Shown here: positions 20,170 through 30,243 of the stretch, in pieces | Layout: every line of letters begins with the position of its first letter | Numbering within the stretch: the stretch's first letter is position 1 | DNA from: an uncultured Candidatus Binatia bacterium | Lineage (GTDB): Bacteria > Desulfobacterota > Binatia > UBA9968 > CAXXLF01 | Direction: 5' to 3' | Length of the DNA stretch: 64,000 nt | Assembly (NCBI GenBank): GCA_965218425.1 | Contig: OZ244621.1 | Span: forward strand, 640,001 to 704,000 | Notes under the pieces: model-generated | Database searches by the model: none | What the model was told of the DNA's origin: nothing | What the model saw: the letters and a program-made list of their open reading frames with translations, nothing else | Program-made: the position numbers and the translations under genes

Positions 20170-21610
20170 TGTTGGTTTTTTGTTGGGTGCAGGAGCATCC
20201 TACCCATTCGGCATTCCGATGATGCGGGAGTTCTATAGCAATTTCGTCAACTACGTCCGGAACAAGAGATCGCATTGCCATGGACTGATGATTAAGCTTG
20301 AGAGTGAGGCAGCGGACTACATGGATTTGGAGACCTTGATTTCGCAACTAGATAAAATTCGTGGCATACGCGATGGTCTCAGCGCTTTGGGGAGGAAGGA
20401 CGATGGGGCATTGGCCGCTGAGCTAGATGTTGCTGAAGAGTTGCGAGGCTATTTGGACGCTTACTTAATTGAGGTATGTGAACAATTCGACAGAAACAAG
20501 GTCAAGAATACGCTAACGCCTTTTGTCCAATATTGCTATGACAGCAATACTCACATTTTCTCAACAAACTACGATAGACTCATAGAGACAGCTGCCGACG
20601 GATTGGGTGTAGCTTGTAGTGACGGATTTGAACAGCAATCGGGTCGTCCAGAAGCGGCGTGGATTGGCGATGTTGAAGCGTCACAGGGGATTAGACTTGT
20701 AAAACTGCATGGTTCAGTTAATTGGTATAAGGAAGAGGGCTCGGGAACTATATTTCGGCTGGAAAGAGGGTACTCTTTACCGTCACATGAGTATCGATTG
20801 ACTCATGGAGAAAGAGCGCTTCGTCCACTGATGATTATTCCAACTTTGGAGAAGACGGTGTTGCAGATTCCCTATGCAACTTTGCTTACGACATTTAGCG
20901 ATGCGCTGTTGTCTATGGATTTATTGATTGTGATCGGTAACAGCATGAGAGACGAACACATAAGGAATACCATTGCGGCGAGATTGAGAGGTCTTTATGT
21001 CGTGCTTGTCAATCCCCAAGCCGATGGTCAGGTAAGCTTGTTCGGCGACGGGGAAAAGGTACAGGCGATGCCGATTGGGATGGAGGATTTCATTAGAATC
21101 GGTATTCCAAAGTTGCGACAAATGTCTAGTGAGGGATTGCGTTCAAGTGTGTGGGGCAATAGCGGTGACGACGTGAGAGCATTTGTGCAGGAGGTGCTGA
21201 GTGGCGTGGATAGCGTGGACGGGATGAGTATAGAGGATCGCCAGGTACTGGAACGGCTTAGGAGTGGGTCCTCATCAGAGCGGATTGAAGTTATGAACGG
21301 TATTGGTGGGGAGGCTCACAAGGAAGTAATATTGCAGTTGCGGAATATTGCAAAGGAGGGAAGCACGGAATCAGAACAGATTGGGGCCGTGGATGCTTTA
21401 GCGGAGGTGGGCGATATGGGGTCGATTGACTTGTTGTTGGAAGTGGTGGATGAGAGTCCAACACTGGCTGTAAAGGCTGAGGCAATATTGGCGCTAAAGC
21501 AGATTCTAAGGCAAAATGGAGTGGACGACTCTCCCTATGTGCAAAGATTTGCTTCGCGGAACCAATTGGAACGGTCATTAATGTCAGCAACGGTTAAAGT
21601 TCTGCACTGA
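20162..21610 (+). CDS. SIR2-like NADase domain protein with C-terminal HEAT-like repeats
   Basis: FLLGAGAS, STNYDRLIE, KLHGSVNW, IGNSMRDEHI; helical C-terminus (AVDALAEVGD, VKAEAILAL). Confidence 0.85.
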   Translation: MSNVGFLLGAGASYPFGIPMMREFYSNFVNYVRNKRSHCHGLMIKLESEAADYMDLETLISQLDKIRGIRDGLSALGRKDDGALAAELDVAEELRGYLDAYLIEVCEQFDRNKVKNTLTPFVQYCYDSNTHIFSTNYDRLIETAADGLGVACSDGFEQQSGRPEAAWIGDVEASQGIRLVKLHGSVNWYKEEGSGTIFRLERGYSLPSHEYRLTHGERALRPLMIIPTLEKTVLQIPYATLLTTFSDALLSMDLLIVIGNSMRDEHIRNTIAARLRGLYVVLVNPQADGQVSLFGDGEKVQAMPIGMEDFIRIGIPKLRQMSSEGLRSSVWGNSGDDVRAFVQEVLSGVDSVDGMSIEDRQVLERLRSGSSSERIEVMNGIGGEAHKEVILQLRNIAKEGSTESEQIGAVDALAEVGDMGSIDLLLEVVDESPTLAVKAEAILALKQILRQNGVDDSPYVQRFASRNQLERSLMSATVKVLH

Positions 21611-21677
21611 CCGTTGGAAATGCCGCCCGCCGTGTTGGGGGTGGTAGAAGGGTTAGGACAAAGGGGTCAAACCTTGT

Positions 21678-21960
21678 CGGGTTGTTTCCCTAACATCGGT
21701 TAAATAGCGCAATAGATCGAACAGAATTATTATGCGCCGTGTTTGTTTCCTCAAACCGCCACGGCTTGCTGCAAGGCCATGGAACGGCGGTCGCAAAGCG
21801 AATGGCCCCGTTCGTTGCCGTAGCCATAACCGCTCTGAGTTTGGCCGTGCATGATAAATCGATGGCCCGATGTTCTGCATTGTCGCCATCAAGTAATCCT
21901 GAATCTACACCCGCCGACGACCGCCCCACCGCGCTCGTTTCAGTCCGTATCGACTCCCTG
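21678..21960 (-). pseudogene. IS1182-family remnant (3' end and degenerate terminal repeat)
   Basis: Colinear nucleotide similarity to about 55029-55300 of the intact IS1182 copy. Confidence 0.7.
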
Positions 21961-21964
21961 CATG

Positions 21965-22269
21965 CATGACGCTTTTCTGTTTCCGCGTTATGCCAAGGGC
22001 AATACAGTCTTTGGATGTGCTGGCGCAGGGTCTGTAGCGAGGCTGAGCTTGGCAGACTGCGACTTCCTGACCTCTGCCACACCACGGCTAGTCATGCGAT
22101 CATGTCGGGAGAGAACCTGACCCTGGTCGGCACGCTGCTCGGGCACCTGCGGCATCGAACCACGGCGGACTACGCGCACCTCGCCGATGGGCACCTTATC
22201 GAAGCGGCGGAGCGCATCGGCGCGATCATTACGGAAGCGATGGTGTGTGCCAACAACAACCGACTCTGA
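21965..22269 (+). pseudogene. Tyrosine recombinase/integrase C-terminal remnant
   Basis: RLRLPDLCHTTAS...VGTLLGH...TTADYAHL (degenerate HxLRH, LGH, Y motifs). Confidence 0.75.
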
Positions 22270-22290
22270 TATGTTCGGTACGTCAAATAA

Positions 22291-22878
22291 CTACCCTGGA
22301 TTTCTCGAAGTCCATATCTCGTGCACAAACTCACGAGCGCTTTTAAGATCAAGATCTGTCGAAAGTTCGCGTGTTTCGATCACCTGTTGCACCCACCCTG
22401 GTCCATGCCCACCGACGGATTTGCAGAAGCCTTCCAACTCGCCAACAGGTACGATCCAGAGGCCCTTCTTCTTGAAAAGCGCTTTTAGTTTTTGGAACTG
22501 TTGCGTGGCCTGCCCCTTGGGAATGGCGGCTTCTCCCGCTTCCTTGACAGCATCCCAAGGGGACGCCTTTCTAAATATCTTCTCAATTTCCTTCTGCGTT
22601 TCTTTTGGAAACTCACCCTTCGTCTGTATGGTTTCCAATTTCCCCAAAATCGCCTTTTTAATTTCACCCGTATTCGACCACGGTTTGTGTTCCTCGATAG
22701 ATTTACGAATAGTTCGGACAATGGGCTCTATTTTATTCCAACTTATCCCAAGAATTCCGACAATATTTTCAAGAACATCATCACTCTTCAAAATGTCTAA
22801 ATCTGATATAACGTCCACCCGCACGTCGAGTTCCGTCAACGCCCTTGCCAGCGCAGCCATTCGATGCTTACCGTGTGT
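22291..22878 (-). pseudogene. 5'-truncated OLD-family ATP-dependent nuclease (TOPRIM C-terminal part)
   Basis: HGKHRM..LARAL..LDVRVDVISDLD, WIVPVGELE; frame runs into the 50-bp repeat core at 22879. Confidence 0.6.
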
Positions 22879-23095
22879 GGGGTCAGACCTTGACATTTGA
22901 CATGATTCATCTCGCCTTCTCAAAAGTTGCGAAATGGCCCGTAAACCGCCCATGCAAAGCCCCTGAAAGGGCCGTGCAACGACCGCGCTCGATGCCGCCC
23001 ATGCCCGGGCAGCTTGCCGAGCCTTGCATCGCCGTAGACCGCCTGCGCCTCCGTAGATTGCCCTCGCCCCTGCCTTGGGCATAGCGCGGAAACAG
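22879..23095 (+). repeat. GGGGTCAG core repeat, subtype 2 (core 22879-22928)
   Basis: GGGGTCAGACCTTGACATTTGACATGATTCATCTCGCCTTCTCAAAAGTT plus about 165 bp shared with 32352-32573 (inverted). Confidence 0.9.
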
Positions 23096-23170
23096 AAATG
23101 TATTCCCGCTTCGCTCACCGGTCGATGCATCGATGTGCGCCATCCGCTGCGCCTCCCCTCACCCATGTCA

Positions 23171-23884
23171 CTATTCGCAGACCACCCCGTCGCCATCGCC
23201 GTCGCGCATGAAGGGGTAAGCCGGATGGCCGCGCCGTACCGGTGCGATGCCGTGCCGCCGCGCCTCGCGGCAGGTGATCCGTCCGTTGCGGTTGTCGTCC
23301 CAAAGACGCAGGGCGTCACCAGACCCCAGAGCCGTGGCACTATGCGAAGCGGGCGGATCGGAAGACGCTGGCGAGCCGTCGGCGCAGGCATGGACGACGA
23401 GCTCGGTCGAGGAGCAAGACGACAGCACCTGTTCCAGCGCGTCGGCCTCGCGCCGGTCGATGGTGAGACCGTACTTGCGGCGTACCTCGATGATACGGGC
23501 AGCGAACCAACACTGATTCTTATCCGACATCCATTCGGCGGCGTCCTTGGCACACTTACCGGATTTGCTGCAGCGGTTCACCTTTGGGCTCGCCAGGGTC
23601 AGGTTCAGCAGGTCGGATGCGAACCGGCGTCTCATGGAGCGATCAGCCCCACAGAGCCCGCTGTCATGGGCCTCGGACCGAGCGACGATGTGTTCAATGT
23701 CCGTCTGCCGGATGCCAGCGAAGCAACGCCCCGTGTAGGGTCCGTAAACCTTGCCGATCGCGGAGACAATCCGGGGCTCAACCGACTGCGGATAGTGGTA
23801 GTCGCGGGAGCTGTAGGGGGAGCAACGGTGCTCTGGCGCGACGACAAGACCGTTCCAGGTCTGGCCATCTTCCGCATGGACCAC
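23171..23884 (-). CDS. HNH/DUF1524-like nuclease with C-terminal Excalibur Ca-binding domain, probably exported
   Basis: DIEHIVARSEAHDSG, FASDLLNLTLA..VNR, KDAAEW; C-terminal TC.EAR...YPFMRDGDGDGVVCE; hydrophobic in-frame segment upstream lacks a start codon. Confidence 0.75.
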   Translation of the reverse strand: MVHAEDGQTWNGLVVAPEHRCSPYSSRDYHYPQSVEPRIVSAIGKVYGPYTGRCFAGIRQTDIEHIVARSEAHDSGLCGADRSMRRRFASDLLNLTLASPKVNRCSKSGKCAKDAAEWMSDKNQCWFAARIIEVRRKYGLTIDRREADALEQVLSSCSSTELVVHACADGSPASSDPPASHSATALGSGDALRLWDDNRNGRITCREARRHGIAPVRRGHPAYPFMRDGDGDGVVCE

Positions 23885-24169
23885 TCCTGCGATCAGAACC
23901 GCGAAAATAGCCGTGATGATAAGGTGGTTGAAGATCCGTCTCTGGACTTTGACGACACTTGATTCGGATTACGATAGTGACGCTGGAATTAAACCGCCAA
24001 GACCTAAAACCAGGCAATCGAGCATTGAACAATCTTGCGCTGCCAGATAGGTGTAAAAGACAGTTCTGGCCTTAAATTATTGTGCATCGCCCCAACGACG
24101 TTATTGCCGGCCATAAAGTTCTGTGCTCAACTCTTGCAGCCATCCCGCAACGAACCTGTTGTTTTAGCG

Positions 24170-25036
24170 CTATTTGTGTAACTCATATGCACGCTTCAAC
24201 AATATTCCCAGGGTTTCATGCTTTTGCGTTATGTCACTTTCGTTGAGTTTGAGTTTGTAACTACCCCGACGCTTGTTATAGTCAAGAAGATCCAGCTCCG
24301 CATTGGTTATGAGCTCTGTATTTTCTGTGGTTTCCGGAAGTCTTATTGAGATGCGAAAGGCGTTTTTCTGAGGTTGACACAATGCAAAATTACATGCGCG
24401 GCTCTCAACCAAGAAACCGATGTAGTACTTGTTATAGTTGAACTCCACAGACGGAAGAAACAATTTCGTGATGTCCAGCACTTTATCCGCGAGCGCAACA
24501 GTCTGTTTAGTGCCACGTTGTTTTTCCCAATAATTACGATCTGTTGGTTCTGACGTTTCTTCGTCTTCGTCTGGATAACCAAGCTCCACGGCAGATAGAA
24601 TTTTCGTAAACTGGAGGCCTACTCCCTCAGGGGTTTCAATCGCCGTGACTTGGATAGCAATAAGTGGAATAAACCCGTTGAATAGCCCAACTACATTGAG
24701 AAACCGGCTTGTAATGTCTTCTGCAACAATTACAGCGGTATGGTTGTATTGGGGGTATCTTTTTCTTTCTAAATCCCAATATTCAATCGTTCTGATGATG
24801 TGTGATTCATCAGTCGCGCCGAGTTGAATCTCTACTTCGTACCGCTCGGAACCGTCCACATCCTGTAGCAATAGATCTAACCGACCTGCCCTGCTATGAA
24901 TGCGTTCTTTGTCTTTGAGAATGACGTCACCAATACCCAATATTGAGGGGTCCTCGGCAACGATTTTCTGAAGCCACTTTTCGTCTAGTTGTGGGTGATC
25001 CTTAATACTCAACGTTTGCAGTTTGATGTGCTTCAT
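24170..25036 (-). CDS. PD-(D/E)xK nuclease-like protein (NucS/DUF5655-like)
   Basis: GRLDLLL, YEVEIQLGATDESHIIRTIEYWD; AT-rich. Confidence 0.7.
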   Translation of the reverse strand: MKHIKLQTLSIKDHPQLDEKWLQKIVAEDPSILGIGDVILKDKERIHSRAGRLDLLLQDVDGSERYEVEIQLGATDESHIIRTIEYWDLERKRYPQYNHTAVIVAEDITSRFLNVVGLFNGFIPLIAIQVTAIETPEGVGLQFTKILSAVELGYPDEDEETSEPTDRNYWEKQRGTKQTVALADKVLDITKLFLPSVEFNYNKYYIGFLVESRACNFALCQPQKNAFRISIRLPETTENTELITNAELDLLDYNKRRGSYKLKLNESDITQKHETLGILLKRAYELHK

Positions 25037-25109
25037 TCACCCAATATACAACACGATCGAATGTCGGCCAAGGGTCTGTATCAGGCTAGTACAGATTGCG
25101 CTTTAGGGC

Positions 25110-25352
25110 TGCAAAAGAAAGGTGAATTTGATGGTGCGCTCTACCATGGAACTTCTCGCGACAATGCCCGAGAGGATATCTTCGATGACGATCAGGCAAG
25201 CTCGGTAAGGCCGAGCGGGACAGTTTGATTGGCCGTGCGGCGCATGGTGATGGATACAGCCGGAGAGAGGTAGCCGATTATCCAGGCCTGCACTACGCTA
25301 CGGTCAGCCGGTCGGCAAAAAAGGAGTGAAATAAGATATAAGACGTGAGCCC
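25110..25352 (+). pseudogene. Internally deleted REP-associated tyrosine (Y1 HUH) transposase remnant
   Basis: N-terminal EFDGALYHGTSRDNAREDIFDDD joined to C-terminal HTH GYSRREVADYPGLHYATVSR; ends in GACGTGAGCCC. Confidence 0.7.
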
Positions 25353-25504
25353 AGTGTCGGCTATCGACAAGAGATCCTCAACGGAGGCTTACGTTGCACT
25401 GATTCGCGGCTTTTGATACCACTGATCTAAACAGACTATTCACCAACCTTCAATAGCGCGGTGCTGAAGTGAAAGTTATTATCGGTTCTTTATAGAGAAA
25501 TGCT

Positions 25505-26641
25505 GTGGCCCGTATTCCTTACATTCCGAGTAACCCATCCTGTCATCAAATAGAAGTATTGAATGCCACCCTACAGCGTATTCCAAAAGATGACCCCATC
25601 GTTCTCTCGCTTGCCCGGAAAACCGGTGCAAAATTTTTCTCTGAGAGTTCAATAGCTCAGCTAATTGCTCATCTCTCCCGGCGTTCCGGAAAGCTTGTGA
25701 TTCGTGATACACACAATAGCTGGTTGCCAGCTCATTATTATCGATTCACATCAAAAATTGATGGCGTAGCTGCCTTAGTATATTCGAACCTCATTAGCAC
25801 AGGACGCTTAGAGAACGTAAAGAAACTTGCTGCACCTGACTCACTATTTACAGCTCTGAAATCTCGTCTTTTGGTGTCTGGATGTCTTGAGGATGCAGGT
25901 CCGACTCGCACATTCACTGCAATTGATCCTGATTACCCAACACCTGCTGAACTGGGCAGGCCTCAAGTCCGTAAAAGTGATTTTCACAACATAGTGCGAA
26001 GTACGCTAAGTCAATACGAAAATCGCTTAAAAGGGAAATCCTACGAGAGGCGCCGGGCAGAAGATCGACTTATCAGCTTTGTCTATGAAACCTTCCAAAA
26101 CACGATTGAGCACGGACGCTTCACCAAAAATAATGATTTAATCGATGGCATTCGCTATTTGCGTCTGCATGTTTACGTTGATAATAGTATTTCAGATTTG
26201 TTACGTCGAGCAGTTGGGTTTCCAGAGCTTCAACAGTTCATAGAACGAACACAACGGCAACGGAGCACCGTAAGATTTGTTGAATTAGCCGTCGCTGATG
26301 CTGGGCAAGGAATTACATCTCATTACCTAAATTCGCGATCCCCAACAGCGCCGGCTCCGGATGATCGAGCACAGGTTCTTCAAGAACTGATTGATGGAAG
26401 GCTTTCAAGCAAAAGGTCGATGTCGGGTGTTGGACTGGGTTTACCCAACGCAATGTCAGCGCTCAGGGAACTCAAGGCCTTTTTTAGCCTCCGTACTGAG
26501 GAATTTTGGCTATATCGTGATTACAGTGACCAAGACAGCGCCGCGAATGTTAGGCCGCCCCTTCATCCCGTTAGTAAAATTAAATCAATAGCACCACTCG
26601 CTGGAACCCAGTTCAACGTATTGATTGATTTCCCGAGGTAA
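25505..26641 (+). CDS. Histidine-kinase-like (GHKL) ATPase domain protein
   Basis: YETFQNTIEHG, VELAVADAGQGI, GVGLGL, GTQF boxes; no sensor or membrane segments. Confidence 0.7.
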   Translation: MARIPYIPSNPSCHQIEVLNATLQRIPKDDPIVLSLARKTGAKFFSESSIAQLIAHLSRRSGKLVIRDTHNSWLPAHYYRFTSKIDGVAALVYSNLISTGRLENVKKLAAPDSLFTALKSRLLVSGCLEDAGPTRTFTAIDPDYPTPAELGRPQVRKSDFHNIVRSTLSQYENRLKGKSYERRRAEDRLISFVYETFQNTIEHGRFTKNNDLIDGIRYLRLHVYVDNSISDLLRRAVGFPELQQFIERTQRQRSTVRFVELAVADAGQGITSHYLNSRSPTAPAPDDRAQVLQELIDGRLSSKRSMSGVGLGLPNAMSALRELKAFFSLRTEEFWLYRDYSDQDSAANVRPPLHPVSKIKSIAPLAGTQFNVLIDFPR

Positions 26642-26646
26642 GGAGG

Positions 26647-28938
26647 GTGGCCGTATTGCTCCATGTCCTCCCTTTTAAATTCGTTGATGGTAACGTGGTC
26701 CGAATTGGCATTTTGCTGGATATCCCGGAAAATGTAGACCTCACCACAATTGAAACCGAGTTGCACACGCAGCATCGGCCTCATTTCCTTGCGGCAGACC
26801 TAATCCTGCTCCGCTTTCCCCCGTGGAAAATGCGGCAACCGGAGCCGCTAGCAGTCGAGAGGCAAGGTGTTTCTAGAATTGCTGATCGATTTCCCAATGC
26901 CCAGGTGCGAATTTTATCATCGCACAAATACCAACACCTGATCGGAGACAATTTATCAGCAATCTATACTGGGAAATTCGACTTTGAAAACAACAAAGGA
27001 TCGTTCTTAAATGAATTACGAGCACAAGAACTTCAATATTTAATTGAACGGTCAGACGCAATTCTTAGTGCCGATTCAAAATATACATTTCGTCTTCCAT
27101 CTGGAGTATTCTCCTCTCACTTTCTTCGAGTCGGCAACATCCAAACCAACAGTCACAATCTTGATATATTTTTTTTCTGGATGCTTCCTTATCTGGTTGA
27201 TGTTGGAGGTATTCTGGTAGATACGTGGTCGATTGGTTCGATCGCGCTAAACTGCAGTCGGCTCACCGATAGATATGACCCCAACAATAAGAGTCTCATG
27301 AGAGTCGAGATGCGGGACAGTTATTTAGACGGTAGAGCCGAAACCCGATCTGAGCTAATCGAGCTGATAAAACGAGTATCGGACGATTTCAATTCTCCAT
27401 TCCTTTCCGTATTTAGTGCTATGATGACTAGCCGTTCCTTGAAGAACTTTTGGTCGGCTCTCGATATAGAAAACTGTCCTTCCGAACTGATTCGACTTTT
27501 AGTGTTATACCGGATGGGAGATTCCGAGATCAATCTAGATGGAAAAGATGTTCCGATATTGTGTAACTTCAAAACATCGCAATCGAGCGACGTTTCCAAC
27601 GAGAACCACGCTCAGAAGGCTGTTATCGAGATTGATCGCGGTACATATTTTCCGGTATTTATTAAGGAAAAGGAAGTTCGCCTTACCACAGACATTGCTT
27701 CTAAGAATCAAGAATTTTTTAGAAACTACGGATCATCGAATGGAATACGTATTCACGCTGATAGTATGGTAGATAGACAATTTTATCGGCATCACGGAAT
27801 TTACATTGATATTCAGAAATTGCTCCGGGAGGATTGCTTTCAGAGGCGACTGCGCGCAATTCTTACGAAGTTTCATCGATCACCCAAAATGGTGATTGTA
27901 CCGCCGCATGATAGTGGTAAAGCTCTAGCGAAGGCGGTAGCAGATCATTTTCAGCAAGAGAATGGATACAGACCGCGTATCGTCATTCATCTCGATCTAG
28001 GTTTCCCTCCTGGTGATGGTGTCGAGAACCATGACCGACAGAAAATGGCGGGGATTCATAAAGAATTAAAATCTTACGCAAATGAGGACACAATAACGGT
28101 GCTTGACGACGTTCTAACAACCGGATCTCGACTATTGTCATATCAGAAACGACTCCGAGATATAGAGTACGTTGGGCAAATTCAATATCTCGTAGGCGTT
28201 CAGAGAATGCCGTCGGCGCGGGCTTGGGCCGATCTAGCTTCTACGTTGCGTCAGAATAACCTTGGTCAGAAACACACTGCCGAATTCGTAGAATCTGTCG
28301 TATTGCCGAACTGGGATCACGACAGTTGTCCCTTATGTGTAGAGGGAAGGCTTCTGAGTGAGCTCAAAAAGGATGAATCAGTGAAAGTTTCTGATTGGAG
28401 CCTCAAACGACTGCAATTGTTGCAAAGGTCGACAAATGATGGTCTAACCAAAGATGTATTTTTTCAACCCCCGAACACACCCTCACTACGACTTTCTATA
28501 AATTCTTTCTTCGGTGACGCAGATGCGCCCCAGTCAGTGGTGTTAAGCTCTGTCGCTGCTGCAATACAAGAAATGAGAGAGCACGAAGACCCAATGAAAC
28601 GATTGGAATCGCGGGGCTTTCCTGTACGGACGGTGTTTGCGTTTGAAGACATATTCAGCAGGTATACGGACGGCATTCTTCGTGCGTCTATCCTGCGCAG
28701 CTTGACCTCAGAGGAACTTCAGCCGAGTGCTCACGGAAAAAGGACCTTGCTAATCGAGCGGGCAAAGATGTTGTTTAACACAAAGGAAGAAGACGAGTGG
28801 AATATCCAACCGGAAGTAGCGTTGGCTATCGGACTAAGAAAAGTTCCTATCGAATCTGCTGATGAAGGCACCATACAACGATTCAAAGAACTCGGTCTCA
28901 ACGATTTGGTCCCGATTGTAGAAGCAGGAAAATCGTAA
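26647..28938 (+). CDS. Large phosphoribosyltransferase-domain protein (tandem PRTase folds)
   Basis: C-terminal PRPP loop VLDDVLTTGS; N-terminal FRLPSG..SSHFLRVGN and degenerate SVFSAMMTSRS loop suggest a second, inactive PRTase fold. Confidence 0.65.
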   Translation: MAVLLHVLPFKFVDGNVVRIGILLDIPENVDLTTIETELHTQHRPHFLAADLILLRFPPWKMRQPEPLAVERQGVSRIADRFPNAQVRILSSHKYQHLIGDNLSAIYTGKFDFENNKGSFLNELRAQELQYLIERSDAILSADSKYTFRLPSGVFSSHFLRVGNIQTNSHNLDIFFFWMLPYLVDVGGILVDTWSIGSIALNCSRLTDRYDPNNKSLMRVEMRDSYLDGRAETRSELIELIKRVSDDFNSPFLSVFSAMMTSRSLKNFWSALDIENCPSELIRLLVLYRMGDSEINLDGKDVPILCNFKTSQSSDVSNENHAQKAVIEIDRGTYFPVFIKEKEVRLTTDIASKNQEFFRNYGSSNGIRIHADSMVDRQFYRHHGIYIDIQKLLREDCFQRRLRAILTKFHRSPKMVIVPPHDSGKALAKAVADHFQQENGYRPRIVIHLDLGFPPGDGVENHDRQKMAGIHKELKSYANEDTITVLDDVLTTGSRLLSYQKRLRDIEYVGQIQYLVGVQRMPSARAWADLASTLRQNNLGQKHTAEFVESVVLPNWDHDSCPLCVEGRLLSELKKDESVKVSDWSLKRLQLLQRSTNDGLTKDVFFQPPNTPSLRLSINSFFGDADAPQSVVLSSVAAAIQEMREHEDPMKRLESRGFPVRTVFAFEDIFSRYTDGILRASILRSLTSEELQPSAHGKRTLLIERAKMLFNTKEEDEWNIQPEVALAIGLRKVPIESADEGTIQRFKELGLNDLVPIVEAGKS

Positions 28939-29015
28939 TATTGCTTAACCTGCTGGCAGGATCTGTTATCGCTAGACGGTGGAAATCCGCGCCCGCTTCC
29001 CGGCCGCACGTTGTG

Positions 29016-29443
29016 GGGGTCAGACCTTGACATTTGACATGATTCATCTCGCCTTCTCAAAAGTTATTGAGGGAGCACTAAAGCTCTCCCGCCACCGTCG
29101 CCCCCCGGGTTGCACTGTCCCGACACCACGGGGCGGCGGCTGCTGCAATATGCGTCAAGACGCCGTCGCATGACGTGGAGCGGCACGGCCATGTCGTCTT
29201 TTGAAACCGCTGTCAGGCTTGCCCCTTTTCTATTCCGGGTTTCCTTCCCTTTCGGATTCCAGCTTGTTCGTGCCAATTCTATTGTGGAATGTCCTGTCCA
29301 TTTGGACCCGGTGCTTTCCTGTCAATGGCATTTACCTGGGCGTGTCTTTTGTGAAAGCATGGGGTCTTCTCCTTTCAGGTTTGTTGGCTGCCATAACCAC
29401 TATCCTACTGGAGCTTGACCCCTTTTTCATGTTACCTGACCCC
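29016..29443. mobile_element. Composite miniature element: GGGGTCAG core (subtype 1) plus mini-IS110 copy C, bounded by GGGGTCAG...CTGACCCC
   Basis: Core 29016-29065; mini-IS110 IRs at 29202-29218 and 29413-29429; terminal CTGACCCC at 29436-29443. Confidence 0.8.
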
Positions 29444-29663
29444 CGGTCCAATGGAGCCGTTGCTGGCAACTTCTATGGGAGTGGCCATGAAGGGGTTGCA
29501 GGCTCGCTGGAGCGCAACGACCTGACAGCAGCAGCATTTGGGGCCAGCCGATATGCAGACGATGAGCCAAGACTACCGCTTGAGAACCCACTCACTAGTA
29601 AAATAATCAATGGTATGGCTAAATTCCAAAAAGGCCAAGTGTTGGTATAGAAAAGGAGAAAGC

Positions 29664-29870
29664 ATGAAAAACGATGGAGGATCGGCATTTCCGAGTCCGG
29701 GAGTGGGACAATACGGCATGTCCCTCCGTGACTGGTTCGCGGGACAGGCGTTGACTGATCTAGTGGGATCAACGGTGGGTGTACAGGTACCGGTCGTGGT
29801 AAAGGCCGCCTACGAAATAGCCGACGCCATGATCGCGGAGCGAGAGAAGCAAGCCGAGCAGGGAAAATAA
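29664..29870 (+). CDS. Small phage-type protein
   Basis: GGSAFP...GMSLRDWFAGQAL...AYEIADAMIAER, a widespread phage ORF motif; RBS AGGAG. Confidence 0.7.
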   Translation: MKNDGGSAFPSPGVGQYGMSLRDWFAGQALTDLVGSTVGVQVPVVVKAAYEIADAMIAEREKQAEQGK

Positions 29871-29889
29871 CCAACGGGAAACTAACGCG

Positions 29890-30100
29890 ATGGCACTAGG
29901 CACGAAAACAGGTGGGAAACCGTTTGAACAGGGCAATAAGCTGGCAAAGGGCGGCCGCAGGAACCCGCCTGGAGGCAGACCCAGCAATGCCCAACTGGCA
30001 GCGAAGACGGCCATGATCGAGATTTGGGAGAAGGAACTCGCCAAGAAGGAAAGAAAAGTGGCGGCGCGCTATGCAGAGCAAGCTCTAAAAGATAACAGAG
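29890..30100 (+). pseudogene. Phage DUF5681/terminase-small-subunit-like gene, truncated
   Basis: FEQGNKLAKGGRRNPPGGRP N-terminal motif; interrupted by repeat copy D. Confidence 0.45.
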
Positions 30101-30232
30101 AAACCGGTGTCATGCCTGCCTTTTTGCTATTTTGGGTTTCCTTCCCTTTCGGATTCCAACTTGTATTGCACCAGTTCTCTCTTGGAACGTCCTGTCCATT
30201 TAGAGGCGGTGCTCTAATTGGCCCAACCCACT
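30100..30232 (-). repeat. IS110-type right-end non-coding module (copy D)
   Basis: Homologous to copies A, B, C, E, F. Confidence 0.75.
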
Positions 30233-30243
30233 GCTCGGACTAT

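Noticed and set aside
22291..23553. 420-aa ORF as a real gene
   Set aside because: Chimeric read-through of an alternative frame of the HNH gene, the repeat and the OLD-nuclease stump.
29016..29443. GGGG-starting ends as Tn3-family 38-bp inverted repeats
   Set aside because: The inverted match is only about 8 bp, there is no 5-bp target duplication, and no Tn3 transposase or resolvase is present.
21965..30100. Intact prophage or integrative element
   Set aside because: Only an integrase stump and two small phage ORFs; no structural genes, tRNA target or att duplication seen.
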